From contig CAVPOC010000009.1 of assembly GCA_963706955.1 (NCBI GenBank), positions 69,339-133,338 on the forward strand: a stretch of 64,000 bases of DNA. The letters run 5' to 3'. The stretch comes from an uncultured Verrucomicrobiae bacterium. GTDB lineage: Bacteria; Verrucomicrobiota; Verrucomicrobiia; Chthoniobacterales; Terrimicrobiaceae. The notes under the pieces are model-generated. The model was not told the origin of the DNA, did not search any database, and was given only the letters and a program-made list of their open reading frames with translations. Every line of letters begins with the position of its first letter. Within the stretch, counting starts at the first letter, position 1. Shown here one piece after another: positions 50,816 to 61,866 of this stretch. The position numbers and the translations under genes were made by a program.

Positions 50816-52162
50816 ATGAAGACCTCTCATCTCCCTCGTTCAAAGAACATTCCCTTTGTGGTGTTAATCAAGCAGCATTTTCCAGTCCCTAAGGAAGCTG
50901 ATGTTCGCGAAGCGACGGTGCGCGAGCTGAAAAAGCTATTTCCAGATACGACCGCGATCAAAGGAAAGATCGTCGGCTTTACCTGTCCGAGCCGCGGCAT
51001 TCGTGACATTGCACAGGTCCTAACCACTGCGGTGTCTTTCTTGAAGCCGCATTGCAAGGAGGTTCGAATCCTTACGGCGATGGGTACGCACGGGGGCGGC
51101 ACCTCGGAGGGAGAGCGGGCGATGGCTACTGACCGCGGCGTGACCGAGGAAGCGGTCGGCACCCGCATATTTTCTAATATGGAGACACGCTATATCGACA
51201 CCGTGAACGGTGTCGAAGCTCATGTGTCCGAGGATGCGCTTGCCTGTGATCTGGTTATTCTTAGCAACCGGATCAAAGAGCATACAGATATCGATTGGCC
51301 GGAACCGTTGCCCGAAGGCTTCTATGGGTTGGAAAGCGGCTGGGCAAAAATTCTTGCCCTTGGCACATCGAAGCTGCGCGCCATCGAACAACATCGTCAT
51401 ATCCCGACAATCGGTCTAGGCGCGGCGATCGAGATCTCTTCCCGGCGGATTATAGAGGGAAGGGAGCTGGTAATCTGGGGTGGACTTGGAATCATTGAAA
51501 ATGCACGGGATGAGACAGCAGAAATTCTCAGTGCACGTGCTGAATCTGCAGATCGCTTCTTTGCAATAGAGGCTCAAGCGCTTGCCCGTTCGAAGGAGTT
51601 GATGCCTGCCATGCCGGTCCGGACGGTAGACGTTTTATATTGCAACTCCCTCGGCAAGGATCTCTCCGGACAAGGCATGCATACCAAGACGATCGGGCGG
51701 TCCCCGTATGGCTATCAGCAGGGTAAACCTTGGAAGAGCACGATGCCTGCGATACATACTATAGTTGGCAGCAGATTGTCGCCCGGAAGTCATGGGAATG
51801 CGATCGGTGTCGGTCTCTGCGAATTCATTACTCAGCGCTTCGATGAGGAGATCGAGTGGGATCGCACCACTCTCAATAGTCTCTCCGCCCTCTGCCCCTG
51901 CCAGGCCCGCCGACCGATCGTCTGCGAGCACGATCGAGACGCGCTCGAAGTGGCTCTCGTGATGAGCCCGAGCGGCCCCGACGGCCCGCGCATGGTCTTC
52001 ATCCACAGCACGCTAAAAATGGAGCATGCGTTACTCTCAGAAGGCCTGCTCAACGACGCCCGTACAAACGGCAACCTGGAAACCCTCTCCGAACCGTCCC
52101 CCCTCCGCTTCGGCAGCGATGGCTACGTTGACCTGGAGTCGTATTTTACGTTCGGACATTAG
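50816..52162 (+). CDS. Lactate racemase (LarA/DUF2088) domain protein
   Basis: SRGIRDI, AMGTHGGGTSEG, NRIKEHTD, ESG, GKDLSGQGM, SHGNAIGVG. Confidence 0.78.
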   Translation: MKTSHLPRSKNIPFVVLIKQHFPVPKEADVREATVRELKKLFPDTTAIKGKIVGFTCPSRGIRDIAQVLTTAVSFLKPHCKEVRILTAMGTHGGGTSEGERAMATDRGVTEEAVGTRIFSNMETRYIDTVNGVEAHVSEDALACDLVILSNRIKEHTDIDWPEPLPEGFYGLESGWAKILALGTSKLRAIEQHRHIPTIGLGAAIEISSRRIIEGRELVIWGGLGIIENARDETAEILSARAESADRFFAIEAQALARSKELMPAMPVRTVDVLYCNSLGKDLSGQGMHTKTIGRSPYGYQQGKPWKSTMPAIHTIVGSRLSPGSHGNAIGVGLCEFITQRFDEEIEWDRTTLNSLSALCPCQARRPIVCEHDRDALEVALVMSPSGPDGPRMVFIHSTLKMEHALLSEGLLNDARTNGNLETLSEPSPLRFGSDGYVDLESYFTFGH

Positions 52163-52498
52163 GCGAGTATAAAAAAGTGGGTGCAGCACTGCTATTCCGC
52201 TTGGCGAGTGGAGGAGTTTCTTCGAGAGGGTTCCAAGCGGCGGCGATGCCTATCTTCTCTCGCACGTAATTCACGCTTGGAGCGAAGAGCAGTGCCTAGC
52301 GATCCTCGGCAACTGTCTTCGGGCGATGAAACCGACTCACCCGTGAGCATTGTAGAAGCCCGAGCTTGCCAGCCATTACTGATCTCGGCCCGCGGGATAT
52401 TTCAGTCGATCTTTAAAATTACACCCGATCGCTCCAGTCGAGAGGCACGGACGGATTCTATGGCATGAGCGCACGCGACAAGAAAATTCCTTAATCAA

Positions 52499-52774
52499 TC
52501 AGCTCAGCGCGCGCTCTTCGTCACGAAACGATAGCAACAACAGTTCAAGTTTGTTAAGGGCCTCATGCTCATCGGGGCCGATCGCTTCGAGGACCACACG
52601 AGCGCCGCAATTCAAATTCGCGGTAAGCACGTCCAGTAGGCTCGCCGCCGAAAACTTCTCCTCGCCTTTCCAAATCGTGATTGTGCTCTTGAACCTACTC
52701 ACCCACCGCACAAATAGCGCCGCCGGTCGCGCGTGCAACCCGAGCTTGTTAACAATCTCGACTTCTCTCAGCAT
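52499..52774 (-). CDS. ptsH: Phosphocarrier protein HPr
   Basis: IVNKLGLHARPAA (His15), ASLLDVL, GPDEHEAL. Confidence 0.92.
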   Translation of the reverse strand: MLREVEIVNKLGLHARPAALFVRWVSRFKSTITIWKGEEKFSAASLLDVLTANLNCGARVVLEAIGPDEHEALNKLELLLLSFRDEERALS

Positions 52775-53078
52775 CTAAAAACATACAGCTGCCCGGCTCG
52801 ACTTTCCAAACCAGGAGGCGAAAATCGCGTTTTCGGAGACGACGATCAGGGCTCCCCGATAGTCTGAATCGGGCATGGCAGAGTCCGATCACTCAATGCG
52901 CGAGGCGGCGATCGGAGCCGACTCCAGGCGGGGCCGCACTATTTCCGCGCCGACGATCCGCTCCATCTTCGCGTCCGGATCGCCGTGCACGTTTGAGCGA
53001 ATTCTCACCACGTGCACGCTAGCGTCAGAGGGCCAAAATCTGGACATCGTGCGGCGAGTTGCGGCAAACTCACCGCCC

Positions 53079-53555
53079 ATGCCGAAGATCCTGGTGGTGC
53101 ACGGCCCCAACCTGAACTTGCTCGGGCAGCGCGAGACCCAGCACTATGGAACGGAGACGCTGGCCTCGATCGATGCCCGGCTGGTGGAGCAGGGCAAACA
53201 GGGCGGGTGCCAAGTGGTGTCCTTCCAGAGCAACAGCGAGTCGGAACTGATCGACCGCGTTCATGCTGCGAAAAGTGACGGAACGGCGTTCATCATCATC
53301 AATCCTGCAGGCTTCACGCACACGAGCGTCGCCCTCCAGGACGCGTTGGCGGCGGTAAGCGTCCCCTTCATCGAAGTCCATCTTTCGAATGTGCACGCGC
53401 GCGAACCCTTCCGGAAGCACTCATACTTCTCCGACCTGGCGCGCGGCGTGGTCTGCGGGCTGGGCCCCCAGGGTTACGAGATGGCGCTCGCCGCGGCGAT
53501 GCGTTCGGCGACCTCCCAAGAGGCGGACGTCCATGGACCGGCGCAAAGCCTATAG
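53079..53555 (+). CDS. aroQ: Type II 3-dehydroquinate dehydratase
   Basis: [46 protein letters not shown]. Confidence 0.95.
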   Translation: MPKILVVHGPNLNLLGQRETQHYGTETLASIDARLVEQGKQGGCQVVSFQSNSESELIDRVHAAKSDGTAFIIINPAGFTHTSVALQDALAAVSVPFIEVHLSNVHAREPFRKHSYFSDLARGVVCGLGPQGYEMALAAAMRSATSQEADVHGPAQSL

Positions 53556-53755
53556 TCCTCTTTGGATGGGATAGAAACCATTATCCAGTTCTTTGAGGCG
53601 CCTTTTCTTGCGTTTCATGAGTGAAGCATGGCCGTGTGGCTCCGCATATGACGCACTTGCCGTCGTCGGTTTTGCGGTCCGGAATCTGGCTGCAAAATGA
53701 CATGGCCTTGGAGCGACCTACGCAGTAAGGGCTCTTTGCCTGTCGCCTCGCATAC

Positions 53756-54723
53756 GTGAGCCGGTCCCCAGCACCTGAGTTTGTCTCCCCGATGAAGGCT
53801 ACTTTGGTTGGCCAGCTCCCTGCAGGCAATGAATGGTTGTATGAGATCAAGTGGGATGGTTACCGCGCATTAGCCGCAAAGCGCGGTCATTCCGTCCGGC
53901 TACTTTCACTCAAGAACAAGAATCTCTCGAACGACTTTCCCGCAGTCATGGAAGCTATCCGCAGCGTTGCCGCCGACACGGTGCTCATCGACGGCGAGAT
54001 CGTCGCTGTCGATAAGCGGGGCTGCCCTTCCTTTCAGATGCTGCAAAATCGCGCCTCGCTTGGGCGCGATTGGCAGATCGTCTATTATGCGTTTGATCTC
54101 CTAGAACTCGAAGGCGAGGACTGGAAGGCTCGCCCCCTTACCGAGCGGAAACAGCGATTGCAGAAGCTCCTCTCCGGTTCCGAGGTGCGTTACAATGCCG
54201 AGTTGCCCGGCTCGGCAGAGGCGGTCGTGCGCACCGTTAGGCAGGCAGGATTGGAAGGCGTTATCGCGAAAAGGCGCGATTCGATTTACCGCGCCAGCAC
54301 CCGGAGCAACAATTGGCTTAAGCTTAAGCTGGAGCAATCACAGGAGTTCGTGATTGGGGGCTACAGTCCCGATTCCGGTTCGTTCCAGTCGATTTTGGCC
54401 GGCTACTACGAAAGAGACAAACTGATGTTTGCAGGCAAAGTGCGCCAGGGTTTTAATCCTGCCTTGCGTGCCGCATTGCTCGACAAGCTAAAACCGCTCC
54501 TAACGAGCCGCTGTCCATTTTATAATTTCCAACTAGTAAGAAGAGCCACTTTGGTGAAGGCATCACCGCTGATGACATGAACAAATTGCGTTGGCTCAAA
54601 CCCAGGCTCGTTGCGCAAGTCCGATTCACCGAGTGGACCTCCTATGGCTTACTTCGTCATGCCACGTTTGTCGGGCTGCGCGATGACAAAGAACCTGCGG
54701 AGGTGATCCGAGACCAAATTTAG
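53756..54723 (+). CDS. ligD: ATP-dependent DNA ligase, LigD ligase domain (frameshift near 54528)
   Basis: EIKWDGYR, DGEIV, YAFDLL, EGVIAK, WLKLK; after the shift WLKPRLVAQVRFTEWT..LRHATFVGLRDDK to TAG 54723. Confidence 0.88.
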
Positions 54724-55059
54724 ATGTGCGCCAAACACCAGATAAGAAAAGACACGAGCGAATGCAGCAGTGATGAACTCGCTGCGGGACTCGGAGACCC
54801 GTCTATCAAGGAGCCCGTCCGCGGCCACCAGACCGATATCGAAATGGTCAACGCCTTGCCGCGAAATCCCGGCGCCTCACTATCCCTGACCTGTTAGCGT
54901 GTGACTGGAACAGATCTCCGATGACGCTTGATTGTCTCGTTCGATTGTTGCCCATCACGTTACAATAATACATTCTCTGAAAAACCGGGACGAGCGTGTC
55001 AAAAGGTTAAGTTTCGAATTGTCGAAGGATAGGGCGGCTGGAGGCTGGCTTTGGAGGTA

Positions 55060-55200
55060 TTGGTTCTCAATGACGCTCGTGTAAGCCCGGCGCTGCATCA
55101 AGAGCTGCCAGGTGATTCGAGCCATTAGACGCGCGGTGGCCAGGACGGCAATAGTAGGCTTTTTACGGAGCGGTTGAAACCCCTGAGGGAAATCGCGTAG
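55060..55200 (-). mobile_element. Possible IS110-family transposase C-terminal remnant
   Basis: Minus frame reads RKKPTIAVLATARLMARITWQLLMQRRAY, resembling the IS110 C-terminal helix. Confidence 0.45.
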
Positions 55201-55353
55201 AAGGGATGCGAAGGTTGCAGGGCACCTCCGGCATCCGCGATAGAGGAGGGGAGCTCGAGAGGTGCAGGCGACTCCGTTGACTGTTCATTCGTTTAAAGAC
55301 CGGTACCCGGCCATTTTGCGATCCTAACACGATACCAATTGAAGATTCATTTT

Positions 55354-55749
55354 ATGGCAACGAAAAAGTCGAAAGCAGTCCCGGATGAAAATCTCCCAGT
55401 GTCCAAACAAACAGCCGGTGGAGTTGCTGGCGCAGTAGTCGGAAGCGCCATTGCAGGCCCAGTGGGAGCAGTCGTCGGTGCCGTCGCCGGTACCGTGATG
55501 GGCACCAGAGCGGCAAAGGGAAAGTCGTTAGTGTCTCCGCAGACTGTGAAGTCAGTAAAGAAGGCGGCGGTCGGGCTAAAGAGCCAGGTAGGTTCAGTAG
55601 TTCCCAATCTGCCCGCAAGCTCTGTTAAGAAGAGCCGAACTCAAGGTAGCTCGCCGAAGAAAGCCGCCCGAGGGAAAACGGCCAAGCGGATGACCAGAGA
55701 ACGTCCGAAGAGGAATTCGAACAAGAAGAGAGCCTCGAAGAGAAATTGA
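55354..55749 (+). CDS. Glycine-zipper protein with Lys/Arg-rich tail
   Basis: GGVAGAVVGSAIAGPVGAVVGAVAG; basic C-terminus. Confidence 0.75.
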   Translation: MATKKSKAVPDENLPVSKQTAGGVAGAVVGSAIAGPVGAVVGAVAGTVMGTRAAKGKSLVSPQTVKSVKKAAVGLKSQVGSVVPNLPASSVKKSRTQGSSPKKAARGKTAKRMTRERPKRNSNKKRASKRN

Positions 55750-55899
55750 TCTCTATGGGGGGACGGCTGCTTGCCGCGTTGGTGCTTGGCGAGCTTTTCG
55801 TTCACAATCTCGCGGAAAAGACACTGGCCGGCTTGAAACGGAAGATGGAGGTGCGGCTTATGCCAGCGGCGGTCTCCTTACCGGTGCCGAAGCGGGCGT

Positions 55900-56835
55900 T
55901 TGTTGTCCGGGGCAGGCGAATTCGGCGGCGTATTTCTTCCCATCCACGTGTCTCGGTATAGGATCTCGTCTTCACCGCCTCGGAAATCGGTTGCTGCCGA
56001 TCGCAGGGGGATCTTCGATCCGCGGGACTACGTGGCCAAAGCCCATCGGGAAATAGCACGTTGGGAGCGTTCCCGGCGCGGAGCAATTGGGAGACTGACG
56101 GACTTCGTCCTGGGGCCAGCTGGAGTCTTCACTGAGCGCATGGTGCCGCCTTGGCTGAAAACATCCGCGGCGGTCGTAATCGAGAAGAGTTTACGCGTGG
56201 CCGCCTATGCCAGTGCCTTGAGCGTCGACGAACAAGCCGTTGCCCTCGAACAGAACCGATTGATCAGACGGAAAAAAGGTGTCGCGGAATCGCTTCGCCT
56301 TTGTGATGACCTGGCGAAGAAGCACTGGGTAAACCACTGCAAATATGCGGCGGCAGAAGGTGCCGCTGCCGGGTTGGCAGGAATCGTAGGTTTTGTCGCG
56401 GACGTTCCTTTGGTTATCTCATTGGCTATACGCGAGATTCGGCTGATCGGACTCTGCTTTGGATACCGCGTTAATACCCCCGCTGAAGTTGATTACGTTA
56501 TTCACGTGCTGCGGATAGGCTCGTCGGTTGATCCTAACAGCAAGGCGTCGTCCTTGGATGCCCTTAAAAAGATCGAAGCCCAGCAACGTGGGCACGCACG
56601 TGGGCGTCGAAAGCAAAGCTGCTCTCGCGAGCGGTTACCGGTCCGGTATTTAGTTTCTCTTGAGGAGTATTCGCGATCGTTGTCGCTGCAACTCATCCGG
56701 CGAGGAGTCCTCCATTTCATTCCCTTTGCCGCAGCGATTACCGGGGCCTCGTTCAACGCGGCCTACGCGCACGACGTCGGTCGGGCCGCCTACATGTCTT
56801 ATCGCCGGAGATTTCTCACCGATCGTGCGGCCTGA
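55900..56835 (+). CDS. EcsC family protein (start uncertain)
   Basis: AAAEGAAAGLAG..GFVADVP, IGLCFGY, IPF..AITGA.FN, YRRRFL. Confidence 0.8.
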   Translation: MLSGAGEFGGVFLPIHVSRYRISSSPPRKSVAADRRGIFDPRDYVAKAHREIARWERSRRGAIGRLTDFVLGPAGVFTERMVPPWLKTSAAVVIEKSLRVAAYASALSVDEQAVALEQNRLIRRKKGVAESLRLCDDLAKKHWVNHCKYAAAEGAAAGLAGIVGFVADVPLVISLAIREIRLIGLCFGYRVNTPAEVDYVIHVLRIGSSVDPNSKASSLDALKKIEAQQRGHARGRRKQSCSRERLPVRYLVSLEEYSRSLSLQLIRRGVLHFIPFAAAITGASFNAAYAHDVGRAAYMSYRRRFLTDRAA

Positions 56836-57113
56836 TCGCTCGGCGAGCTTCGGCGGGCAGGAGCTAAGCGTTAAGGTAGCATGCAGAAGGTTCAGCAAGA
56901 AGAAAGGTCATGGTAAGCAGTTGGAGTCAAGAAACCAACCGCACCCAACGTTGGCTCTTGGCGTCGAGCTAATCCCAGGCGGCTGGCTTTAAAAGATCAA
57001 AAGCGTCTTTCACATGTCACAAGGCGTAAGCACTCTTCGCCGCGACGCTCAATGCGCACGCAGAACTACTTTCCTTACGAGGGGTTACTGAGTGCCAACT
57101 TCGGCGATTTCGC

Positions 57114-57299
57114 CTACAGACCTTCGAGCTCGCGACGGATCTCTTCCTTGGTCTTGCCCAGCCGTTGCTGCAGACGGCCGAGCAACTCGTCGTCCTTACC
57201 CTCGGCAAAGGTTAAGTCGTCGTCGGTAAGTTGCGCGTACTTCTGTTTGAGTTTGCCTTTGATCTCGTTCCAACTGCCTTTGAGTTCTAACTTCGTCAT
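57114..57299 (-). CDS. CsbD family general stress protein
   Basis: KGSWNEIKGKLKQKYAQLTDDDL...LGRLQQRLGKTKEE. Confidence 0.92.
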   Translation of the reverse strand: MTKLELKGSWNEIKGKLKQKYAQLTDDDLTFAEGKDDELLGRLQQRLGKTKEEIRRELEGL

Positions 57300-57657
57300 A
57301 CTTATATTTCGCAGGCCCAAGCCGGGATGGATGCCGCACCTAATCCTCGCACCGTCCTGAAACATCGCTGGAGTTTCACCGATCGAACCGCTCAATCTTA
57401 AGTAACTCGTAACGAGTGCGGACGGCACCTCCCTGAGTTAATTTTGGTTACCTTGAGTCGAGACACATATGGTCGGTTAGTTAGAGGCCGCATCTCAGCA
57501 ACCTGTCCTTCCTTGAGATTATCGCTCATTTAGTAATCGGCGCGACTATGACCAAACACATTTCGCAGCTGCAGGAGCGGTCATTGGTTGACTACGCCTC
57601 TAGCCGATAGATGGCCGACATCTTGACGCTCGGAGGCTATCCCTTTATCACGAAAGT

Positions 57658-58850
57658 ATGCGCCTAGCCGACTTCATCTTGCGTGACATGGAAAGCATCC
57701 TGGTGGAATGGGAGGCGTTTGCAGGCACCCTATTTCCGGCTGCCGCGAGCATGACCCCATTGGCCTTGCGCGATGAAGCGAAAGAAATTCTGGAGGCTGT
57801 GGCAAAAGATTTGTCAACCTCCCAGACGAAGCAAGCTCAGATCGACAAATCTCGCGGGAGAGCTCCGAAATTGATGGATGCCCCGGAAACTGCCGCACAA
57901 ACCCATGCGATACTGCGGGCGCGAAGCGGTTTCGACATCAACCAGCTGGCCTCCGAATACCGCGCCCTGCGCGCCAGCGTCCTTCGCCTGTGGACCGAAT
58001 CATGTCAGCCTGATGACATTAATCTGGAAGATGTCATTCGCTTCAACGAGGCCATTGACCAAGCGCTCGCCGAATCGATCGGATTTTTTAGCGAACAAGT
58101 GGAGCGGTCGCGCAATTTGTTGCTCGGTATGCTTGGCCACGACATGCGCAATCCGCTCAATGCGATCCAGCTGACCGCGTCGGTACTTGGCCGCGCTGAA
58201 CGCCGGAGCCGAGGTATCAGAAGCGGCGTCCCGCCTCATCCGCAGCGGAGCTTCCATCAAGGCGCTGCTGGACGACTTGGTTGACTTCAATCGAACTAAG
58301 TTAGGCTTGGGTATCAATATTAGGTTAGCAAACATCGACTTGGCGAAGGTGTTTGCTGATGAAGTGGAACAGCTGCGTGGAGCGCATCCAGGCCACCGAC
58401 TCGAGCTCGAAGTGATAGGCGATACTCGGGGCTTTTGGGACGGCCTGCGCCTCCAGCAACTACTCCGCAACCTTGTTTCGAATGCGATCAAGTATGGGGA
58501 GGCAGACGCGCCGGTCCGTGTGGTGCTGACCGGCGAGGAGGCGGAGGTTGGCATCGAGGTCGTAAACAGCGGACCGAGCCCTCGAGCAATCGGCTTTGGA
58601 TCAGATCTTTGATCCGCTAAAGCGAGGCTCTGTGCAACGCCACGATACCTACGATGGCCTAGGGCTCGGACTGTATATCGTGCGCGAAGTTGCCCGGGCA
58701 CATGGGGGCGAGGTCGACGTGCGTTCCGACAAGGGAAAAACAGTGTTCGCTGTGCGCCTGCCTCGCCGCAATGAGGCTCATCGCCCTGAGCAGGACCAGC
58801 GTATCCCAAGTAGCTCTCAAGAGAATGCATGGGATAAAGCGCCCCTTTGA
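57658..58850 (+). CDS. Sensor histidine kinase with RsbRD_N-like N-terminus (frameshifts near 58186 and 58590)
   Basis: EYRALRASV, FNEAIDQA, HDMRNPL (H box), NLVSNAIKYG (N box), IFDP, GLGLGLYIV across three frames. Confidence 0.85.
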
Positions 58851-59723
58851 AGTTTCTTCAGATCATCAAAGCCCCAGTTGCGAGGTCTCCGCACGACACT
58901 GGAAGGCATGTATTAACTTCTAGATTCGAGCCCGGTTGAGCCTCTCGTTTGGAACCGCTGCCGCTTCATAGTCCTTGGCGAGGACGTGCGGGGCGCCAAG
59001 GGCTATCGCTAAACCGATGAGATGACTGCGCGATAGGATCTCGACGTTATGCGCTGTTTCTACGTCTTTCAGTCATGAGTCCGTAGCAGTTCGGTACGCG
59101 ACAGTCGCCATTGAAACCTAGACTCTGCGCGAATTGGTAGCTTGAGATGAAGGTTCGCTCGATTGCCTTGTCGCCCTTAGTGGGTCGCTCGCAGGTGCGC
59201 CGGTAATGACGTCGGGACTGGTAAAGGTGCGCGGCAAACTTGTCTCTCTCACCGTCTTCGAGCAGCGAGAGTAGTCTCACCAGCGTCTACTGGGGATGCT
59301 TCAACTGCTCGATGACTGCCGCGCGGTTCATTATCGTGATCACGAGACATGCTAGAAGCGAAATAAAAAAGGCAGCCTGTTCGTCAATGCAGAGCAAGCT
59401 GCCCATGTAACCATCATGGGCTACACTGCAGTTAAGACTAGCCTGGTGATGAGCCGGATAGCTAGTCGGGAGCACTCCCGATTGCGGCGTAAGGCTGGCT
59501 TCGGAGTCGTTCCGCAGGAGCGGGATTCGTGCACGCCGCCAGCTTCCCTCCGCTAGGTTCAATGGACTGCAGCTCCAGAGGACTGGCCCCTTTTGTAGCA
59601 ACCCATGTTATCTGCAGAAACACATCGATGAGTTAATTCGCTTAGGGGACAAGGCATTCCCTGATTATCACCTAAGGTCACGTCCAAGGGAAGTCTTCCA
59701 ACGAATTTCATGCACTAATTGTC

Positions 59724-60086
59724 ATGAAACTAATCGCCCTTACCCTACTTTTGAGTGCCGTGATTGCTGGCAGCTCGTGGTCACAAGATACAAACGCTGA
59801 CAACACCGGCAAAAACGTGCGTGATAGGGACGATCAATCGGTGACAGCCACCGATCAGTCAAATGATCCAGCCGACCTTAAGCTGACCGCGGATATTCGC
59901 AAGATGGTCGTTGGCGATGACTCACTTTCGATGATGGCGAAGAACGTCAAGATTGTAACGATTGGTGGCGTCGTCACGCTTCGGGGGCCTGTCGACAACG
60001 AGAAAGAGAAAGCCGCGATTGAAAGCCACGCCAAGCAGGCAGGCGCAAAAAAGATCACCAACGAACTCGAAATCAAAAAGTCGTAA
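59724..60086 (+). CDS. BON domain protein
   Basis: Signal peptide, DNTGKNVRDR, NVKIVT.GGVVTLRGPV, NELE. Confidence 0.9.
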   Translation: MKLIALTLLLSAVIAGSSWSQDTNADNTGKNVRDRDDQSVTATDQSNDPADLKLTADIRKMVVGDDSLSMMAKNVKIVTIGGVVTLRGPVDNEKEKAAIESHAKQAGAKKITNELEIKKS

Positions 60087-60101
60087 CCACAGAACAAACT
60101 T

Positions 60102-60626
60102 ATGTCTAAATCTATTGTAGGAATCGCAAATTCCACCAGCCAAGTTGAAGCTACGCTGGCCGATCTTCAGAACGACGGCCTAGTTGCCTCCAGCGATATC
60201 TCCCTTCTCATGCCGGACTCCGGGCCGAACTCTGGAGACACACCGGAATTGGGAGCTGTCAAAGCAACAAAGGCTCCCGAAGGAGCAACGACAGGTGCGG
60301 TGAGTGGTGGTGCCATCGGTGGCACTGTGGGGTTGCTAGCTGGGATTGGAGCGTTGGCAATTCCCGGCTTGGGGCCATTTATTGCCGCCGGTCCCATTAT
60401 GGCAGCGCTAAGTGGCGCGGCGGCAGGCGCGACTGCAGGCGGTGTCGTCGGCGGTCTTGTCGGTCTAGGAATTCCCGAATACGAGGCGAAGGCGTATGAA
60501 GATCGCATCAAAAAGGGGGGATACCTCGTGGCTGTCTCCGTCGAAGATAGCAAGAAGGGCGATGTTGTCCGCGAGATTCTGAAAAGGAATGGTCTGGAAG
60601 ACATCTCGTCAGTATCAGAAAAATAG
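60102..60626 (+). CDS. General stress membrane protein (glycine zipper)
   Basis: TKAPEGA, GALAIPGLGPFIAAGPI, GIPEYEAKAYE. Confidence 0.85.
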   Translation: MSKSIVGIANSTSQVEATLADLQNDGLVASSDISLLMPDSGPNSGDTPELGAVKATKAPEGATTGAVSGGAIGGTVGLLAGIGALAIPGLGPFIAAGPIMAALSGAAAGATAGGVVGGLVGLGIPEYEAKAYEDRIKKGGYLVAVSVEDSKKGDVVREILKRNGLEDISSVSEK

Positions 60627-61596
60627 GTCCGTAAAGTGAAGGATTGTCCCACGGAACCAAGGGGACAGCTTTTATCGGTGCCGGCATCCACGGAATGCCT
60701 TGATCGCTTCAGCTTGCTCAAAACGCCCTAGGCTTCTTGAGCTCAGGGCGTGACAGCGCGGTTAAACAATTCCTCCACCCGGCATGGATAGTGCAAAGGC
60801 TTTGTCCACTTTCTAGGTCCTAGACCGCAGCGGGTTGCCCGTCGAAACTGTATCCTGACCTATTGTGAGGAGCTCATTGGACGCGATCTTCGAGGACTTA
60901 CCCTCAGTTATGGAGCGTCTCACCCAAAGGATAATGCCAGGTGAGTCGGTAGAAACGATTTCCCTTGCGCAATTGGAAAAGTACTCCATCTTCACCGCGT
61001 TCTGGGGGGAACAGCAGGCCGCCGCGGCAATCGTCGCGGCGGTCTGTATTCTTACACGCTGTCGTGCTTGAAGGCTAAATTATCTGCGCAGAGGCCGGGT
61101 AGGTCGCGCAGCCAAGCTGGGAGATTCTTGAAGCACCTCCCGGGCGCGCGAGGCGCGTTCCCGGCGTGAAACGGGAGAAGCCACCATCCTTCATCGAGCT
61201 AACGATTTCTGTGGCTGCTGATACGCGTATGGACCTATTGGCCCATATCGGTCGATAGTGTGTCCGTCCGTGTTCTCGACGATTATTGCTGGGAGTTGTC
61301 AGTCCAGGGCAGAAAATGAGCTGCCCGCATCACCTGCGCGTCCTCTTTTTGAGTGAAATTTTAGGTTTGGTCAAACAGGTCGCGGTCGCAGCGTATAGCG
61401 GTTGGCTGACCCCGACGACTGGGATTATGAGGCAGTTCGATTCGAGCGGCACGCGCCCGGCACAGCGTCTTGTGCGAAGACACTCGCGCTGGATATGATC
61501 CAGGCCTTGAATTCTTCCGCAAACCGTACCTTTGAAAGCCTTTGCTTTTCACAGTGCGGGGCGTGACCTCAACTTAAAAGTGGAAACCAAGAAACC

Positions 61597-61805
61597 ATGA
61601 CCACCAAATTCAAACTGATCCTCGGCGGGATTCTGATCCTGTTCGGCATCATTTTCGCGATGCAAAACTCGCCGGTCCTCGAGGTCGGTTCCTAGTCTGG
61701 TCGGTCCAGATGTCGCAGGCGCTCGTGATTTTCCTAACGGGCGTGGTCGGGACAATCATCGGGTTTCTATTTAGCACCGCGTTCAAGATATCGCGGCAGT
61801 CTTGA
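61597..61805 (+). CDS. LapA/DUF1049-like small membrane protein (frameshift near 61687)
   Basis: IIFAMQNSPVLEV shifts into FLVWSVQMSQALVIFLTGVVG..IGFL. Confidence 0.65.
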
Positions 61806-61866
61806 GACCCATTCGGAGGGCGGTAAGGATTCTGGCACAAACACACACATCGTCGAATCAACCCAA

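Noticed and set aside
16877..52774. Enzyme I and HPr as one operon split by island insertion
   Set aside because: They are 34 kb apart with no junction evidence; unlinked PTS genes are common
60645..60673. Rho-independent terminator after the stress-protein gene
   Set aside because: Only a 6-bp stem with an 11-nt loop and a short T tract; too weak to call
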